The notes beneath the pieces were generated by a model. That model worked only from the letters and a program-made list of their open reading frames with translations, was not told the origin of the DNA and ran no database searches. A program made the position numbers and the translations under genes. A DNA stretch of 64,000 nucleotides, taken from assembly GCA_964370195.1 (NCBI GenBank), contig CAYJIH010000001.1, forward strand, positions 92,621 to 156,620. The letters run 5' to 3'. Below are positions 54,384-63,319 of the stretch, in pieces. Every line of letters starts with the position of its first letter. The stretch's first letter is position 1. This DNA comes from an uncultured Oscillospiraceae bacterium (GTDB taxonomy: Bacteria; Bacillota; Clostridia; Oscillospirales; Ruminococcaceae).

Positions 54384-54746
54384 ATGGAACCTTTAGAGCT
54401 AGCAACACACGTTGCCAAAGCACTTAGCAGTAAGAAAGCGCTGGATATCAAAGTGCTAAAAGTGGAAGATTTAACCGTTTTAACAGATTATTTTGTCATT
54501 GGGTCTGGTTCTTCCAGCACGCAAGTGTCGGCATTGGCCGAAGAAGTGGACTATAAACTATCTCAATTGGGCGTGGAGCCAACGCGAAAAGAAGGCATGG
54601 ACAGCAGAAACTGGATTCTATTGGATTATGGGAGTGTAGTGGTGCATGTGTTCTACCCCGAAATGCGCGAGTATTATGGCTTAGAGCGTCTTTGGGCAGA
54701 CGCCCAGCAGATAGAAGTGGATTTGGACGAAGAAGAGAAAGTGTAA
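54384..54746 (+). CDS. rsfS: ribosome silencing factor
   Basis: A..A...KKA.DI.VL.V..L....DYFVI.SG.S..QV.A.A..V..........EG.....W.L.DYG.VVVH.F....R.YY.LE.LW. Confidence 0.92.
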   Translation: MEPLELATHVAKALSSKKALDIKVLKVEDLTVLTDYFVIGSGSSSTQVSALAEEVDYKLSQLGVEPTRKEGMDSRNWILLDYGSVVVHVFYPEMREYYGLERLWADAQQIEVDLDEEEKV

Positions 54747-54764
54747 AATAGAGGAGTTGCAACA

Positions 54765-57179
54765 GTGAGTAAATATAACCCGAAAGACATTGAACCAAAG
54801 TGGCAGAAACACTGGGTGGAAAACCGCACGTTTTCCGCCCCGAATGACTATAGCTTGCCTAAGTTTTATGCGTTGGTAGAGTTTCCGTATCCAAGCGGGC
54901 AAGGCTTGCATGTGGGGCATCCGCGCCCTTATACAGCCATGGATGCTGTGGCAAGAAAACGCCGTTTAGAAGGCTACAATGTACTGTATCCCATTGGCTG
55001 GGATGCATTTGGCTTACCTACAGAAAATTTTGCCATTAAAAACCACATTCACCCGTCTATTGTGACAAAAAACAACATCGACCGTTTCCGCGAACAAATT
55101 CAGGCGCTTGGCATCAGCTTTGATTGGGATCGCGAAGTGGACACGACCGACCCATCTTATTACAAGTGGACACAGTGGATTTTCTTACAATTGTTTAAAA
55201 AAGGCCTTGCCTATAAAAAGGAAATGGCCGTAAACTGGTGCACAAGCTGCAAAGTGGTGCTGGCCAACGAAGAAGTGGTGAACGGCGCGTGCGAGCGCTG
55301 CTCTGGCGATGTGATTCGTAAGGTTAAAAGCCAGTGGATGCTGAAAATTACCGAATATGCCGGCCGTTTGATTGACGATTTAGAAGGACTGGATTATATA
55401 GAGCGTGTATCCACAAGCCAGAAAAACTGGATTGGTCGCAGCCACGGTGCGCAGATTACATTTGGAACCACGGCCGGAGACGACCTTGTGGTGTACACCA
55501 CGCGTGCCGATACACTGTTTGGCGCTACTTATATGGTAATGAGCCCAGAGCATGAGTTTTTGAAACAGTGGCAAGGCCAGCTAACAAATATGGATGATAT
55601 TAAGGCGTATCAAAATGCCGCAGCACGAAAAAGTGATTTTGAGCGCACAGAGCTTTCGAAAGATAAGGAGAAAACCGGTGTGCGCTTGCAGGGCGTGCAA
55701 GCGGTGCATCCTGTAACCGGGGCCGAAATCCCTATTTTTATTTCGGATTATGTGCTGGCAAGTTATGGCACAGGTGCCATTATGGCTGTTCCGGCTCATG
55801 ATGAGCGCGACTGGGCGTTTGCCAAAAAGTTCTCGCTACCCATTGTGGAAGTGGTGCGTGGCGGTGATGTGCAAAACGAAGCGTATGTTAACTGCAACGA
55901 GGGCGAACTTGTAAACAGTGATTTCCTCAATGGGCAAAGTGTGGAGCAAGCCAAAGAGACAATGGTTGCGTGGCTTTCGAAAGAGGGAAAAGGCGAAGCA
56001 AAAACAAACTATAAACTGCGCGACTGGGTGTTTAGCCGTCAGCGTTACTGGGGCGAGCCCATTCCTGTGGTGCATTGTGATTGCTGTGGCTGGGTGCCAA
56101 TTGATGAATCTTTACTGCCGCTAGAACTGCCTTATATCGAAGATTTTGAGCCAACGGAAGAAGGCGATTCGCCTTTGGCACGCCATGAGGAATGGTTGCA
56201 AACCACCTGCCCGAAATGTGGTGCTGCAGCAAGAAGAGAAACGGATACCATGCCGCAATGGGCCGGCTCATCGTGGTATTTTCTGCGCTATTGCGACCCG
56301 AAAAACAACGAGGCACTAGCAAGTAAAGAAGCGCTGAATTACTGGATGCCGGTAGACTGGTATAATGGTGGCATGGAGCACACCACACTGCATTTGCTAT
56401 ACAGCCGTTTTTGGCATAAATTCTTGTTTGATATTGGTGTGGTGGACCAAAAAGAACCGTATCAAAAACGAACAAGCCATGGTATGATTTTGGGCGAAAA
56501 TGGCGAAAAAATGAGCAAAAGCCGTGGCAACGTTGTAAACCCAGACGAAATAATTGACGAGTTTGGGGCCGACACCATGCGTGTGTACGAAATGTTCATT
56601 GGAGACTTTGAAAAAAGTGCGCCGTGGAACACTGCGTCTATTAAAGGCAGTCGCCGTTTCTTAGACCGTGCATGGGCACTGCAAGACAACTTGATTGACA
56701 GCGAAGAGATTCGCCCACAGCTAGAGGCGAATGTGCATCGTAGCATTAAAAAAGTGGGCTATGATTTAGAGCACTTAAAGCACAACACAGCCATTGCTTG
56801 CCTGATGAGTTTGCTGAATGATTTTGCAGCCGCAGGTGGGGTGACAAAGGGCGAACTGCGTATTTTCCTTGTGCTATTGAACCCATTTGCACCACACCTT
56901 ACAGAGGAAATGTGGCAGCAACAGGGCTTTGGTGAGGAAATTGCAAAGCAAAAGTGGCCTGAGTATGATGAATCAAAAACAGTGGAAAGCCAAGTGGAAG
57001 TGCTGGTGCAGGTGAATGGAAAGCCAAAGGCACGCCTTACGGTAGCGGCGGAACTTGGAAAAGACGAGCTGCTGGCACTTGCAAAAGCCGAAGCGTCTGT
57101 GCAAGAGGCTCTTGCAGGAAAAACGGTGGTAAAAGAAATTGTGGTGCCCGGAAAACTAATCAATTTAGCTGTGAAATAA
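54765..57179 (+). CDS. leuS: leucine--tRNA ligase
   Basis: [13 protein letters not shown] (HIGH), the CP1 editing domain, KMSKSRGN (KMSKS). The GTG start follows GAGGAG. Confidence 0.95.
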   Translation: MSKYNPKDIEPKWQKHWVENRTFSAPNDYSLPKFYALVEFPYPSGQGLHVGHPRPYTAMDAVARKRRLEGYNVLYPIGWDAFGLPTENFAIKNHIHPSIVTKNNIDRFREQIQALGISFDWDREVDTTDPSYYKWTQWIFLQLFKKGLAYKKEMAVNWCTSCKVVLANEEVVNGACERCSGDVIRKVKSQWMLKITEYAGRLIDDLEGLDYIERVSTSQKNWIGRSHGAQITFGTTAGDDLVVYTTRADTLFGATYMVMSPEHEFLKQWQGQLTNMDDIKAYQNAAARKSDFERTELSKDKEKTGVRLQGVQAVHPVTGAEIPIFISDYVLASYGTGAIMAVPAHDERDWAFAKKFSLPIVEVVRGGDVQNEAYVNCNEGELVNSDFLNGQSVEQAKETMVAWLSKEGKGEAKTNYKLRDWVFSRQRYWGEPIPVVHCDCCGWVPIDESLLPLELPYIEDFEPTEEGDSPLARHEEWLQTTCPKCGAAARRETDTMPQWAGSSWYFLRYCDPKNNEALASKEALNYWMPVDWYNGGMEHTTLHLLYSRFWHKFLFDIGVVDQKEPYQKRTSHGMILGENGEKMSKSRGNVVNPDEIIDEFGADTMRVYEMFIGDFEKSAPWNTASIKGSRRFLDRAWALQDNLIDSEEIRPQLEANVHRSIKKVGYDLEHLKHNTAIACLMSLLNDFAAAGGVTKGELRIFLVLLNPFAPHLTEEMWQQQGFGEEIAKQKWPEYDESKTVESQVEVLVQVNGKPKARLTVAAELGKDELLALAKAEASVQEALAGKTVVKEIVVPGKLINLAVK

Positions 57180-57211
57180 AAAAATCGCAAGGGGAAACCC
57201 TTGCGATTTTC
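57178..57211. terminator. bidirectional rho-independent terminator
   Basis: AAAAAA-ATCGCAAGGG-gaaa-CCCTTGCGAT-TTTT between the convergent leuS and HAD genes. Confidence 0.85.
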
Positions 57212-57229
57212 ATATATAGTAAAAGCTGT

Positions 57230-57892
57230 TTATATCGACACCGTTTGGCCAAGTAAAAAAGCCGAAAGGGTTTTTACATCTTTGGCAATGTGTGTGGCGC
57301 CGGCTTGTGTAAGCTCCTCCTCATCACCATAGCCATACAAAACACCGATGCTGTCGATGCTGTGGGCGTGTGCTCCCTCTATGTCAAAGTGGCGGTCTCC
57401 CACCATGACACAGCGCTGCAAAGGCAGGTTGCTGCCTGTTAGGATACGTCCAATCAACTCTTGTTTTTTTGGATGTCCTACTTCAAGAGAACTGCCTACA
57501 ATTTGTGTAAAATAAGCGTGCAATTGCAGATGTTTTAAAATACGAACCGCAAACACTTCTGGCTTTGCAGTGGCCACATATAAAGAGGCACCGGATTTAT
57601 GGAGCTGTTTTAACATGCTCTCAAGGCCTGCATACGCTTCGCAGGCAAAGATACCATGTTCTGTATAGTATTCTCGGTACAAATCAACGGCACGGTAAGA
57701 TTCTTCGGCACTTAAACCGCCAAAGTGCTCGAAACTGTAAAGCAAAGGCGGGCCAATGAATTTGCGCAGGGTATCGGTGGAAGGGCAAGGGCGATTGAGT
57801 TTTTCGTATGCATAGGCCACCGATGTAAAAATACCGGCCTCTGATTGTATGAGTGTGCCATCGAGATCAAATAAGATGTGTCGGTATCTCAT
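57230..57892 (-). CDS. HAD-IA family hydrolase (phosphoglycolate phosphatase-like)
   Basis: ILFDLDGTL (motif I), VATAK (motif II region), VGDRHFDIEGA (motif IV). ATGA overlap with the upstream GT2 gene. Confidence 0.85.
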   Translation of the reverse strand: MRYRHILFDLDGTLIQSEAGIFTSVAYAYEKLNRPCPSTDTLRKFIGPPLLYSFEHFGGLSAEESYRAVDLYREYYTEHGIFACEAYAGLESMLKQLHKSGASLYVATAKPEVFAVRILKHLQLHAYFTQIVGSSLEVGHPKKQELIGRILTGSNLPLQRCVMVGDRHFDIEGAHAHSIDSIGVLYGYGDEEELTQAGATHIAKDVKTLSAFLLGQTVSI

Positions 57893-58863
57893 TTGTTGTC
57901 CCCCGGCGGTTTTTGCTCAAACGTACGTTCGCTGATGATAAAGCGTGGGCGCTGTTTTGTTTCGTTGTATATTTTGCCCACATATTCGCCAATAACACCA
58001 AGGCAAAGCAGTTGAATGCCGCCCATGAAAAACAAAGGAACCAAGGTGCTGGCCCAGCCATGAACCGTCATGCCCAAAAGGTATTGAATAAATACAACCA
58101 CAACACCAAGGAAACTGACGATGGAAAAGAAGAATCCAAGCCACGTAATGAGGCGAATGGGTTTGATAGACAAACTGGTGATGCCGTCGAAGGCAAGGGC
58201 CAGCATTTTCTTTAGTGGATAATGGCTTTCGCCGGCCAAACGTTCGTGGCGTTCGTAATAGACGCTAGACGAGCGGTAGCCCACCAGTGGCACAAGGCCG
58301 CGCAAAAAGAGGTTTACCTCCTGGAATTCGGCAAGGCCTTCTAGGGCGCGTTTGCTTAAAAGACGGTAGTCGGCGTGGTTAAACACAACTTGTGCACCAA
58401 GAGAGTTCATCAGGCGGTAAAAACTTTCGGCAGTAAAACGTTTGAAAAATGTATCTGTATCACGTTTAGAACGCACGCCGTACACAACATCGCAGCCCGC
58501 TTCAAACTCTGTAATCATAGCGTCCATCGCGTTGATGTCATCTTGGCCATCGGCGTCAATGGAAATGGTGATGTCGGCAAATTCTTTTGCGCACATCAGC
58601 CCGCCAAGCAGTGCGTTTTGGTGGCCGCGGTTGCGCGATAGGGAAATGCCGGCAAAATGAGGGTCTTTTTGGCTTAGTTCTTGAATCAAACTCCACGTGC
58701 TATCTTTCGAGCCATCATTCACAAACAATATGCGGCTTTCATTAGAAATACGGTTGGCTTTAATTAAAGAGGTAAGTTTCTCTAAAAACATATTACATGT
58801 AAGCGGCAGCACCTCTTCTTCGTTGTAGCAAGGAATAACAATGTACAAAATTGGTTTCGACAC
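57889..58863 (-). CDS. family-2 glycosyltransferase, polyprenyl-phosphate sugar synthase type (GtrB/CsbB/ArnC-like)
   Basis: IVIPCYNEEE, FVNDGSKD.T, SRN.G.Q.AL..G, IDADGQD (DXD), and two C-terminal TM helices typical of GtrB-like enzymes. The GTG start follows GGAGG. Confidence 0.8.
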   Translation of the reverse strand: MSKPILYIVIPCYNEEEVLPLTCNMFLEKLTSLIKANRISNESRILFVNDGSKDSTWSLIQELSQKDPHFAGISLSRNRGHQNALLGGLMCAKEFADITISIDADGQDDINAMDAMITEFEAGCDVVYGVRSKRDTDTFFKRFTAESFYRLMNSLGAQVVFNHADYRLLSKRALEGLAEFQEVNLFLRGLVPLVGYRSSSVYYERHERLAGESHYPLKKMLALAFDGITSLSIKPIRLITWLGFFFSIVSFLGVVVVFIQYLLGMTVHGWASTLVPLFFMGGIQLLCLGVIGEYVGKIYNETKQRPRFIISERTFEQKPPGDNK

Positions 58864-59157
58864 AAATATACCTCCAAATCAATCAAAACAGGATAAAAAT
58901 ACACATCGAGCATACTGCTAAATAAACGCGGCTGCATTATTTTACAAACGATGTGTTCGTATGCAGATTACACAATTGAATATAGTATACTAAATTTACG
59001 CCATTAGAACAAGAATAGAATGGAAATAAAGTGAACATATAGTGAATATTCATGGGGTTGCTAGGGGAAAGCCTTGATTTTGATATTTTTTTTATGTAAA
59101 CTATAAGTTGGAGCAGTATAAAATTGAAAGTGAGCAGGCAGAGGGAAAGGGTGAGCC

Positions 59158-60666
59158 GTGTTGAAGAGATGGGCACAAAAAATGGGGGCGTACCTGCTGG
59201 TGTTTTGCATGGTGCTTCTGTTTGCTGTGCCGCCATTACGCGTGCAAGCGGCCGAGCCACCGGAGGTGGGAGCAGGCGCTTATGTGTTGATGGATGCAAA
59301 CACCGGCCAAATTTTGGCATCTAAAAATGCACAAGAAATGGTGTACCCTGCCAGTGTTACAAAAATCATGACACTTGGCCTTATTTTAGAGCAAGCAACT
59401 GTGCGGCCAGAACTTTTGGCAGAGATGGGCACTGCGTCGTATCGTGCTGTTCATGAGTTGATATATGGTTCTACACATGTGGCTTTAAAAGAGGGCGATG
59501 CCCTGACGGTGCAAGACCTTGTGTATGCCACACAGATAGATTCTGCAAACGATGCTGCCAATGTGCTTGCAGAGCACAGCGATGGAACCCTTGAGGCATT
59601 TGCCACACGGATGAACACAAAAGCGAGTGAGCTGGGGCTTGCCGGTAGCCAGTTTACGAACCCAAGCGGCCTGCCGGACAGTGGCCATTTTACAACAGCT
59701 TACGATATGGCACAAATTACGCGCTGGGCACTAAGTGTGCCGGGCTTTCGGGATGTATTTGCGGCAACGGAATACACAATAGCGCCCACGGCCAGCCGGG
59801 CCGAACCGTTTTTGTGCCAAAACGATAATTCGATTTTGGAGCCATCCAGCGGTTTTTACTATCCCGGTGTTACGGGCAGTAAGATGGGGTATACCACAGA
59901 TGCGCGTTACACACTGGTGACAACGGCAAAACAAGGGGATACAGAGCTGATTTGTGTTGTGATGCAGTGTGAAACGAGTGATATAAAATATACATCGACA
60001 CAAAGTCTTTTGGATTATGGCTTTGGCAATTTCACACCGGTGCAGTACCCAATGCAGGATGTGCAACCGGTGGCCGTGCCTGTTTACGGCGGCGGTAGCG
60101 AGATGCTGGGCGAGATTATGGTGTGTGGCAGCGAAAGCGATATGACGCTGTTGCTACCAAACGGCACGAATTTAGAAAATGTAAATACACAATACATTGT
60201 GCCGGACAGATATGTGATAGGGCAGGGGTTCAACCCGATTTTACGCTTAACAATGGGCGAGGGAGACGCAGCCGTGGCTCTTTTAGATGTGCCACTATCA
60301 TGGACAGGATTTGATGAAATTTTTGCAGAAAACACGTCTGTGTGGCAAGAAGCGTTGCAGGAAGTGCCTTCGGTTTTATGGGCCGTGCTTTTGGTGATGA
60401 TGTTTTTATCGGTGTTGGTGCTGGGGCGGATTATCTACGTTCGATACCGACGTCAACATAGGCGCAAGCGCCGTTTGGCAGAATATCAGTCTCGCCAGCC
60501 AATTCGAATTGAACCGAGGCCGGAAATAAAAAGAAGCGCATCGTCGGCTGTGCGCCAAAGTGATGTGTCACGCGCACGTCAAATTGCAAGGCAAGGTCAC
60601 CGCGCGCCACCATACGTTTACGGGACAGAGGCCAAAAGCCCACGTCGAGCGGGCCGAATGCGCTGA
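59158..60666 (+). CDS. D-alanyl-D-alanine carboxypeptidase (S11, PBP5 type) with C-terminal TM anchor and Arg-rich tail
   Basis: Signal/anchor, PASVTKIMT (SxxK), SAND (SxN), a KMGYT-like KTG box, a C-terminal TM helix (VLWAVLLVMMFLSVLVLG), then about 80 residues rich in Arg. The start (GTG 59158 or ATG 59182) is uncertain. Confidence 0.85.
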   Translation: MLKRWAQKMGAYLLVFCMVLLFAVPPLRVQAAEPPEVGAGAYVLMDANTGQILASKNAQEMVYPASVTKIMTLGLILEQATVRPELLAEMGTASYRAVHELIYGSTHVALKEGDALTVQDLVYATQIDSANDAANVLAEHSDGTLEAFATRMNTKASELGLAGSQFTNPSGLPDSGHFTTAYDMAQITRWALSVPGFRDVFAATEYTIAPTASRAEPFLCQNDNSILEPSSGFYYPGVTGSKMGYTTDARYTLVTTAKQGDTELICVVMQCETSDIKYTSTQSLLDYGFGNFTPVQYPMQDVQPVAVPVYGGGSEMLGEIMVCGSESDMTLLLPNGTNLENVNTQYIVPDRYVIGQGFNPILRLTMGEGDAAVALLDVPLSWTGFDEIFAENTSVWQEALQEVPSVLWAVLLVMMFLSVLVLGRIIYVRYRRQHRRKRRLAEYQSRQPIRIEPRPEIKRSASSAVRQSDVSRARQIARQGHRAPPYVYGTEAKSPRRAGRMR

Positions 60667-60693
60667 AGCGTGGAGACAACAACTGCATTTTTC

Positions 60694-60722
60694 TTGTGTT
60701 TTTTTACGAAGAACGGTATAAT
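60694..60722 (+). promoter_or_regulatory. sigma-A-type promoter of the 60758-64000 operon
   Basis: TTGTGT (60694-60699), 17-nt spacer, TATAAT (60717-60722). Confidence 0.55.
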
Positions 60723-60757
60723 GGCTGTATTCATTCACATGGAAAGAGGGTACCTAT

Positions 60758-61705
60758 ATGAAGCACACATTGGTGGGCTATACGGGATTTGTAGGCCAAA
60801 ATTTAAGCACTACACACAAGTTTGATGCACTGTATAATTCGTCTAATATTGCAAACAGTTTTGAGGCAGACAACGGCCTTGTGATTTACAGTGGTATGTA
60901 TAGTGAGAAGTTTTTGGCGGATGCAAACCCGAAGGCAGATTTGCAACGTGCAGAAACAGCCATGGATAACATTCGTAAAATGCGCCCGCAACAATTGGTG
61001 CTAATTAGCACAGTGGATGTGTATCCAAGGCCTCTTTTGGTGAATGAGAGCAGTATAGCGGGTGGTGAGGGTGCTACGCCATACGGCAGAAACCGCTTGG
61101 TGCTGGAAACATGGGTGCGAAACGAGTATCCGGACGCTTTGATTGTGCGTTTGCCCGGTCTGTTTGGCAAGGGGCTGAAAAAGAATTTTATTTTTGATAT
61201 GTTAACTCTTACGCCCATGATGTTACGGGAAGATAAATATCAGCAGCTATGTGAAGAAGAGGCGCTGGTGAAAGAAAGCTATCGTTTGGATGACAATGGT
61301 TTCTATCGCCTTTGTGTTTTAAAAGAGCATGAGCAAGAGTTGCGGAATTTCTTTGCAAAAAACGATTTTAATGCATTGTCTTTTACAGATAGCCGCTCTA
61401 TTTATCAATTTTATAATCTTGCAAATTTGTGGCACGATATTGAACGATGTTTAAAGAGGAACATTCATTTAATCAATTTGGCAACAGAGCCGGTAGAGGC
61501 CGGCGTTTTGTATCAAATGTTGTTTGGCAAAGAGTTTGTGAACCATTTAAACCGCCCGCCTGTGTGTTATGATATGCGCACAATGTATGGGCGTGAATTT
61601 GGCGGGCTGGACCATTATGTGGCCGATGGGATTGAAGTGATTTCAGATATTGGGAAATTGGCGCGCGTTGAACTTGAAAAAATGGGAGGCGCAACGTTTT
61701 GGTAG
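60758..61705 (+). CDS. NAD(P)-binding Rossmann-fold protein, extended-SDR/epimerase-like (atypical)
   Basis: The N-terminal LVGYTGFVGQNL resembles the GxxGxxG of sugar-nucleotide epimerases/reductases. STVDVY...PYGRNRL lies where SDRs carry S...YxxxK (here Y-G-R-N-R). The call is tentative. Confidence 0.5.
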   Translation: MKHTLVGYTGFVGQNLSTTHKFDALYNSSNIANSFEADNGLVIYSGMYSEKFLADANPKADLQRAETAMDNIRKMRPQQLVLISTVDVYPRPLLVNESSIAGGEGATPYGRNRLVLETWVRNEYPDALIVRLPGLFGKGLKKNFIFDMLTLTPMMLREDKYQQLCEEEALVKESYRLDDNGFYRLCVLKEHEQELRNFFAKNDFNALSFTDSRSIYQFYNLANLWHDIERCLKRNIHLINLATEPVEAGVLYQMLFGKEFVNHLNRPPVCYDMRTMYGREFGGLDHYVADGIEVISDIGKLARVELEKMGGATFW

Positions 61706-62490
61706 ACGCATTTAAGCTGGCAGTTTCTCACATTGCATGGCAAGAAGAAGAGGAGCAAGCGGCACTGGCTCTTTTAAAAAAATATGGCTTTCAAGGTCTT
61801 GAAATTGCGCCACCGCGCGTGGCCGGAAAAACACCATACGAATTGCCGCAAAAAGCAAGGGAGTATGCGCAGTATGTGCAGCGCGAATTTGGGCTGCAGC
61901 TGTGCAGCATGCAAAGCATTTGGTTTGGAAAAACAGGTTCGATGTTTGGGCCAGAGCGCGAGGCGCTTTTGGCGTATAGCATGCAGGCCATTCATTTTGC
62001 AAAAGAAGCAGGCATTCCAAACCTTGTGTTTGGATGCCCTAAAAATAGGGTGATGCCGGAAGGGGTGGCGCAAGATGACGCGGCCTCTTTTTTTAAACAC
62101 CTGGGAGACGAAGCGTTTAAGGTTGGCACGTGCTTTTCGCTGGAGGCAAACCCGGCGCTGTATGGCACAAATTTTATGAACCATACAGAAGAAGCGCTGG
62201 ACATGGCAAAGCGGGTAAACAGCCCGGGGTGCAAAGTGAATTTTGACATGGGGACCGTCGTGGCAAACGGCGAAACGTTGCACAGCTTACAGGGGCGTGT
62301 GGCGGAAATACAGCATGTGCACATCAGCGAGCCAGAACTTAGGGCGATAGAGAGGCGAGAAGTGCATAAGGAATTGGCAGGTATTTTGCGAGAAGAAGCA
62401 TATGAGGGGTTTGTATCGGTAGAAATGAAAAGCCAACCACTACCAAAACTGGAAGAGACGCTAGCTTATATGCGGGAGATTTTTATATGA
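61699..62490 (+). CDS. sugar phosphate isomerase/epimerase family protein (xylose isomerase-like TIM barrel)
   Basis: GFQGLEIAP..., F...A...G...LVFG.P, LE.N, N.D.G, H.HISE fit the AP_endonuc_2/TIM-barrel pattern. The TTG start follows GGGAGG and overlaps the upstream stop. Confidence 0.6.
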   Translation: MVDAFKLAVSHIAWQEEEEQAALALLKKYGFQGLEIAPPRVAGKTPYELPQKAREYAQYVQREFGLQLCSMQSIWFGKTGSMFGPEREALLAYSMQAIHFAKEAGIPNLVFGCPKNRVMPEGVAQDDAASFFKHLGDEAFKVGTCFSLEANPALYGTNFMNHTEEALDMAKRVNSPGCKVNFDMGTVVANGETLHSLQGRVAEIQHVHISEPELRAIERREVHKELAGILREEAYEGFVSVEMKSQPLPKLEETLAYMREIFI

Positions 62491-63287
62491 TAGAAGAGAC
62501 CATTCAAAATATAGAGGGTGTGCCCAATTTTACACTGGCTGAATTTTTCAAAAAAAAGCGAAAATATTGTTTGCTCATTCCAATTATCAATGAAAACGGA
62601 CGCTTGCAAAAAGAACTGAAACGTGCGCGCAAGACCGGAGTGGATGAATGGGTAGACATTTTGATTTGTGACGGTGGCAGCACAGACGGTGGCACCGAGC
62701 ACGATGGATTACAAAAACTGGGGGTGCGCGCACTTCTTACAAAAACAGGGCCTGGCAAACAGGGGGCGCAGCTGCGCTGTGGTATTTACTGGGGCCTTGC
62801 GCAAGGGTATGAAGGTGTGTTAACCGTGGACGGCAATAACAAAGACAGTATTGAAGATGTACCACGTTTTGTAAAAAAACTGGAAGAAGGTATGGATTTT
62901 GTGCAAGGCAGCCGTTTTGTAAAAGGGGGGCTTGCTGTTCATACACCGCCAGTGCGCCACGTTGCAGTGCGCCTTGTGCATGCACCGGTAATTTCGCTTA
63001 CAGCGCACCACCACTTTACAGATACCACAAATGCTTTTCGCGCTTATTCAAGGCGCTATTTAACACACCCAAGTGTGCAGCCTTTGCGTGATGTGTTTAC
63101 GGGGTATGAACTGCTTGCTTACTTAAGTACACGTGCAGGCCAATTGGGGCTATCTTGTTGTGAAGTACCCGTAGCACGTGTGTATCCAAAGGGGCAAGCC
63201 GTGCCCACGAAAATAAAAGGCGTGCGTGGAAATTATGATTTGCTACGTGTGCTGGCAAAAAATGCCATGGGGCACTATGCACCGTAA
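62487..63287 (+). CDS. family-2 glycosyltransferase (soluble, DPM1-like size)
   Basis: CLLIPIINE (N-terminal beta strand), ICDGGSTDGT-like (ICDGGSTDGG), VDGNNKD at the DXD position, QGSRF. ATGA overlap with the upstream gene. Confidence 0.65.
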   Translation: MIEETIQNIEGVPNFTLAEFFKKKRKYCLLIPIINENGRLQKELKRARKTGVDEWVDILICDGGSTDGGTEHDGLQKLGVRALLTKTGPGKQGAQLRCGIYWGLAQGYEGVLTVDGNNKDSIEDVPRFVKKLEEGMDFVQGSRFVKGGLAVHTPPVRHVAVRLVHAPVISLTAHHHFTDTTNAFRAYSRRYLTHPSVQPLRDVFTGYELLAYLSTRAGQLGLSCCEVPVARVYPKGQAVPTKIKGVRGNYDLLRVLAKNAMGHYAP

Positions 63288-63319
63288 CATGCGGCAGAAA
63301 ATACAAAGGGGATGAAACC

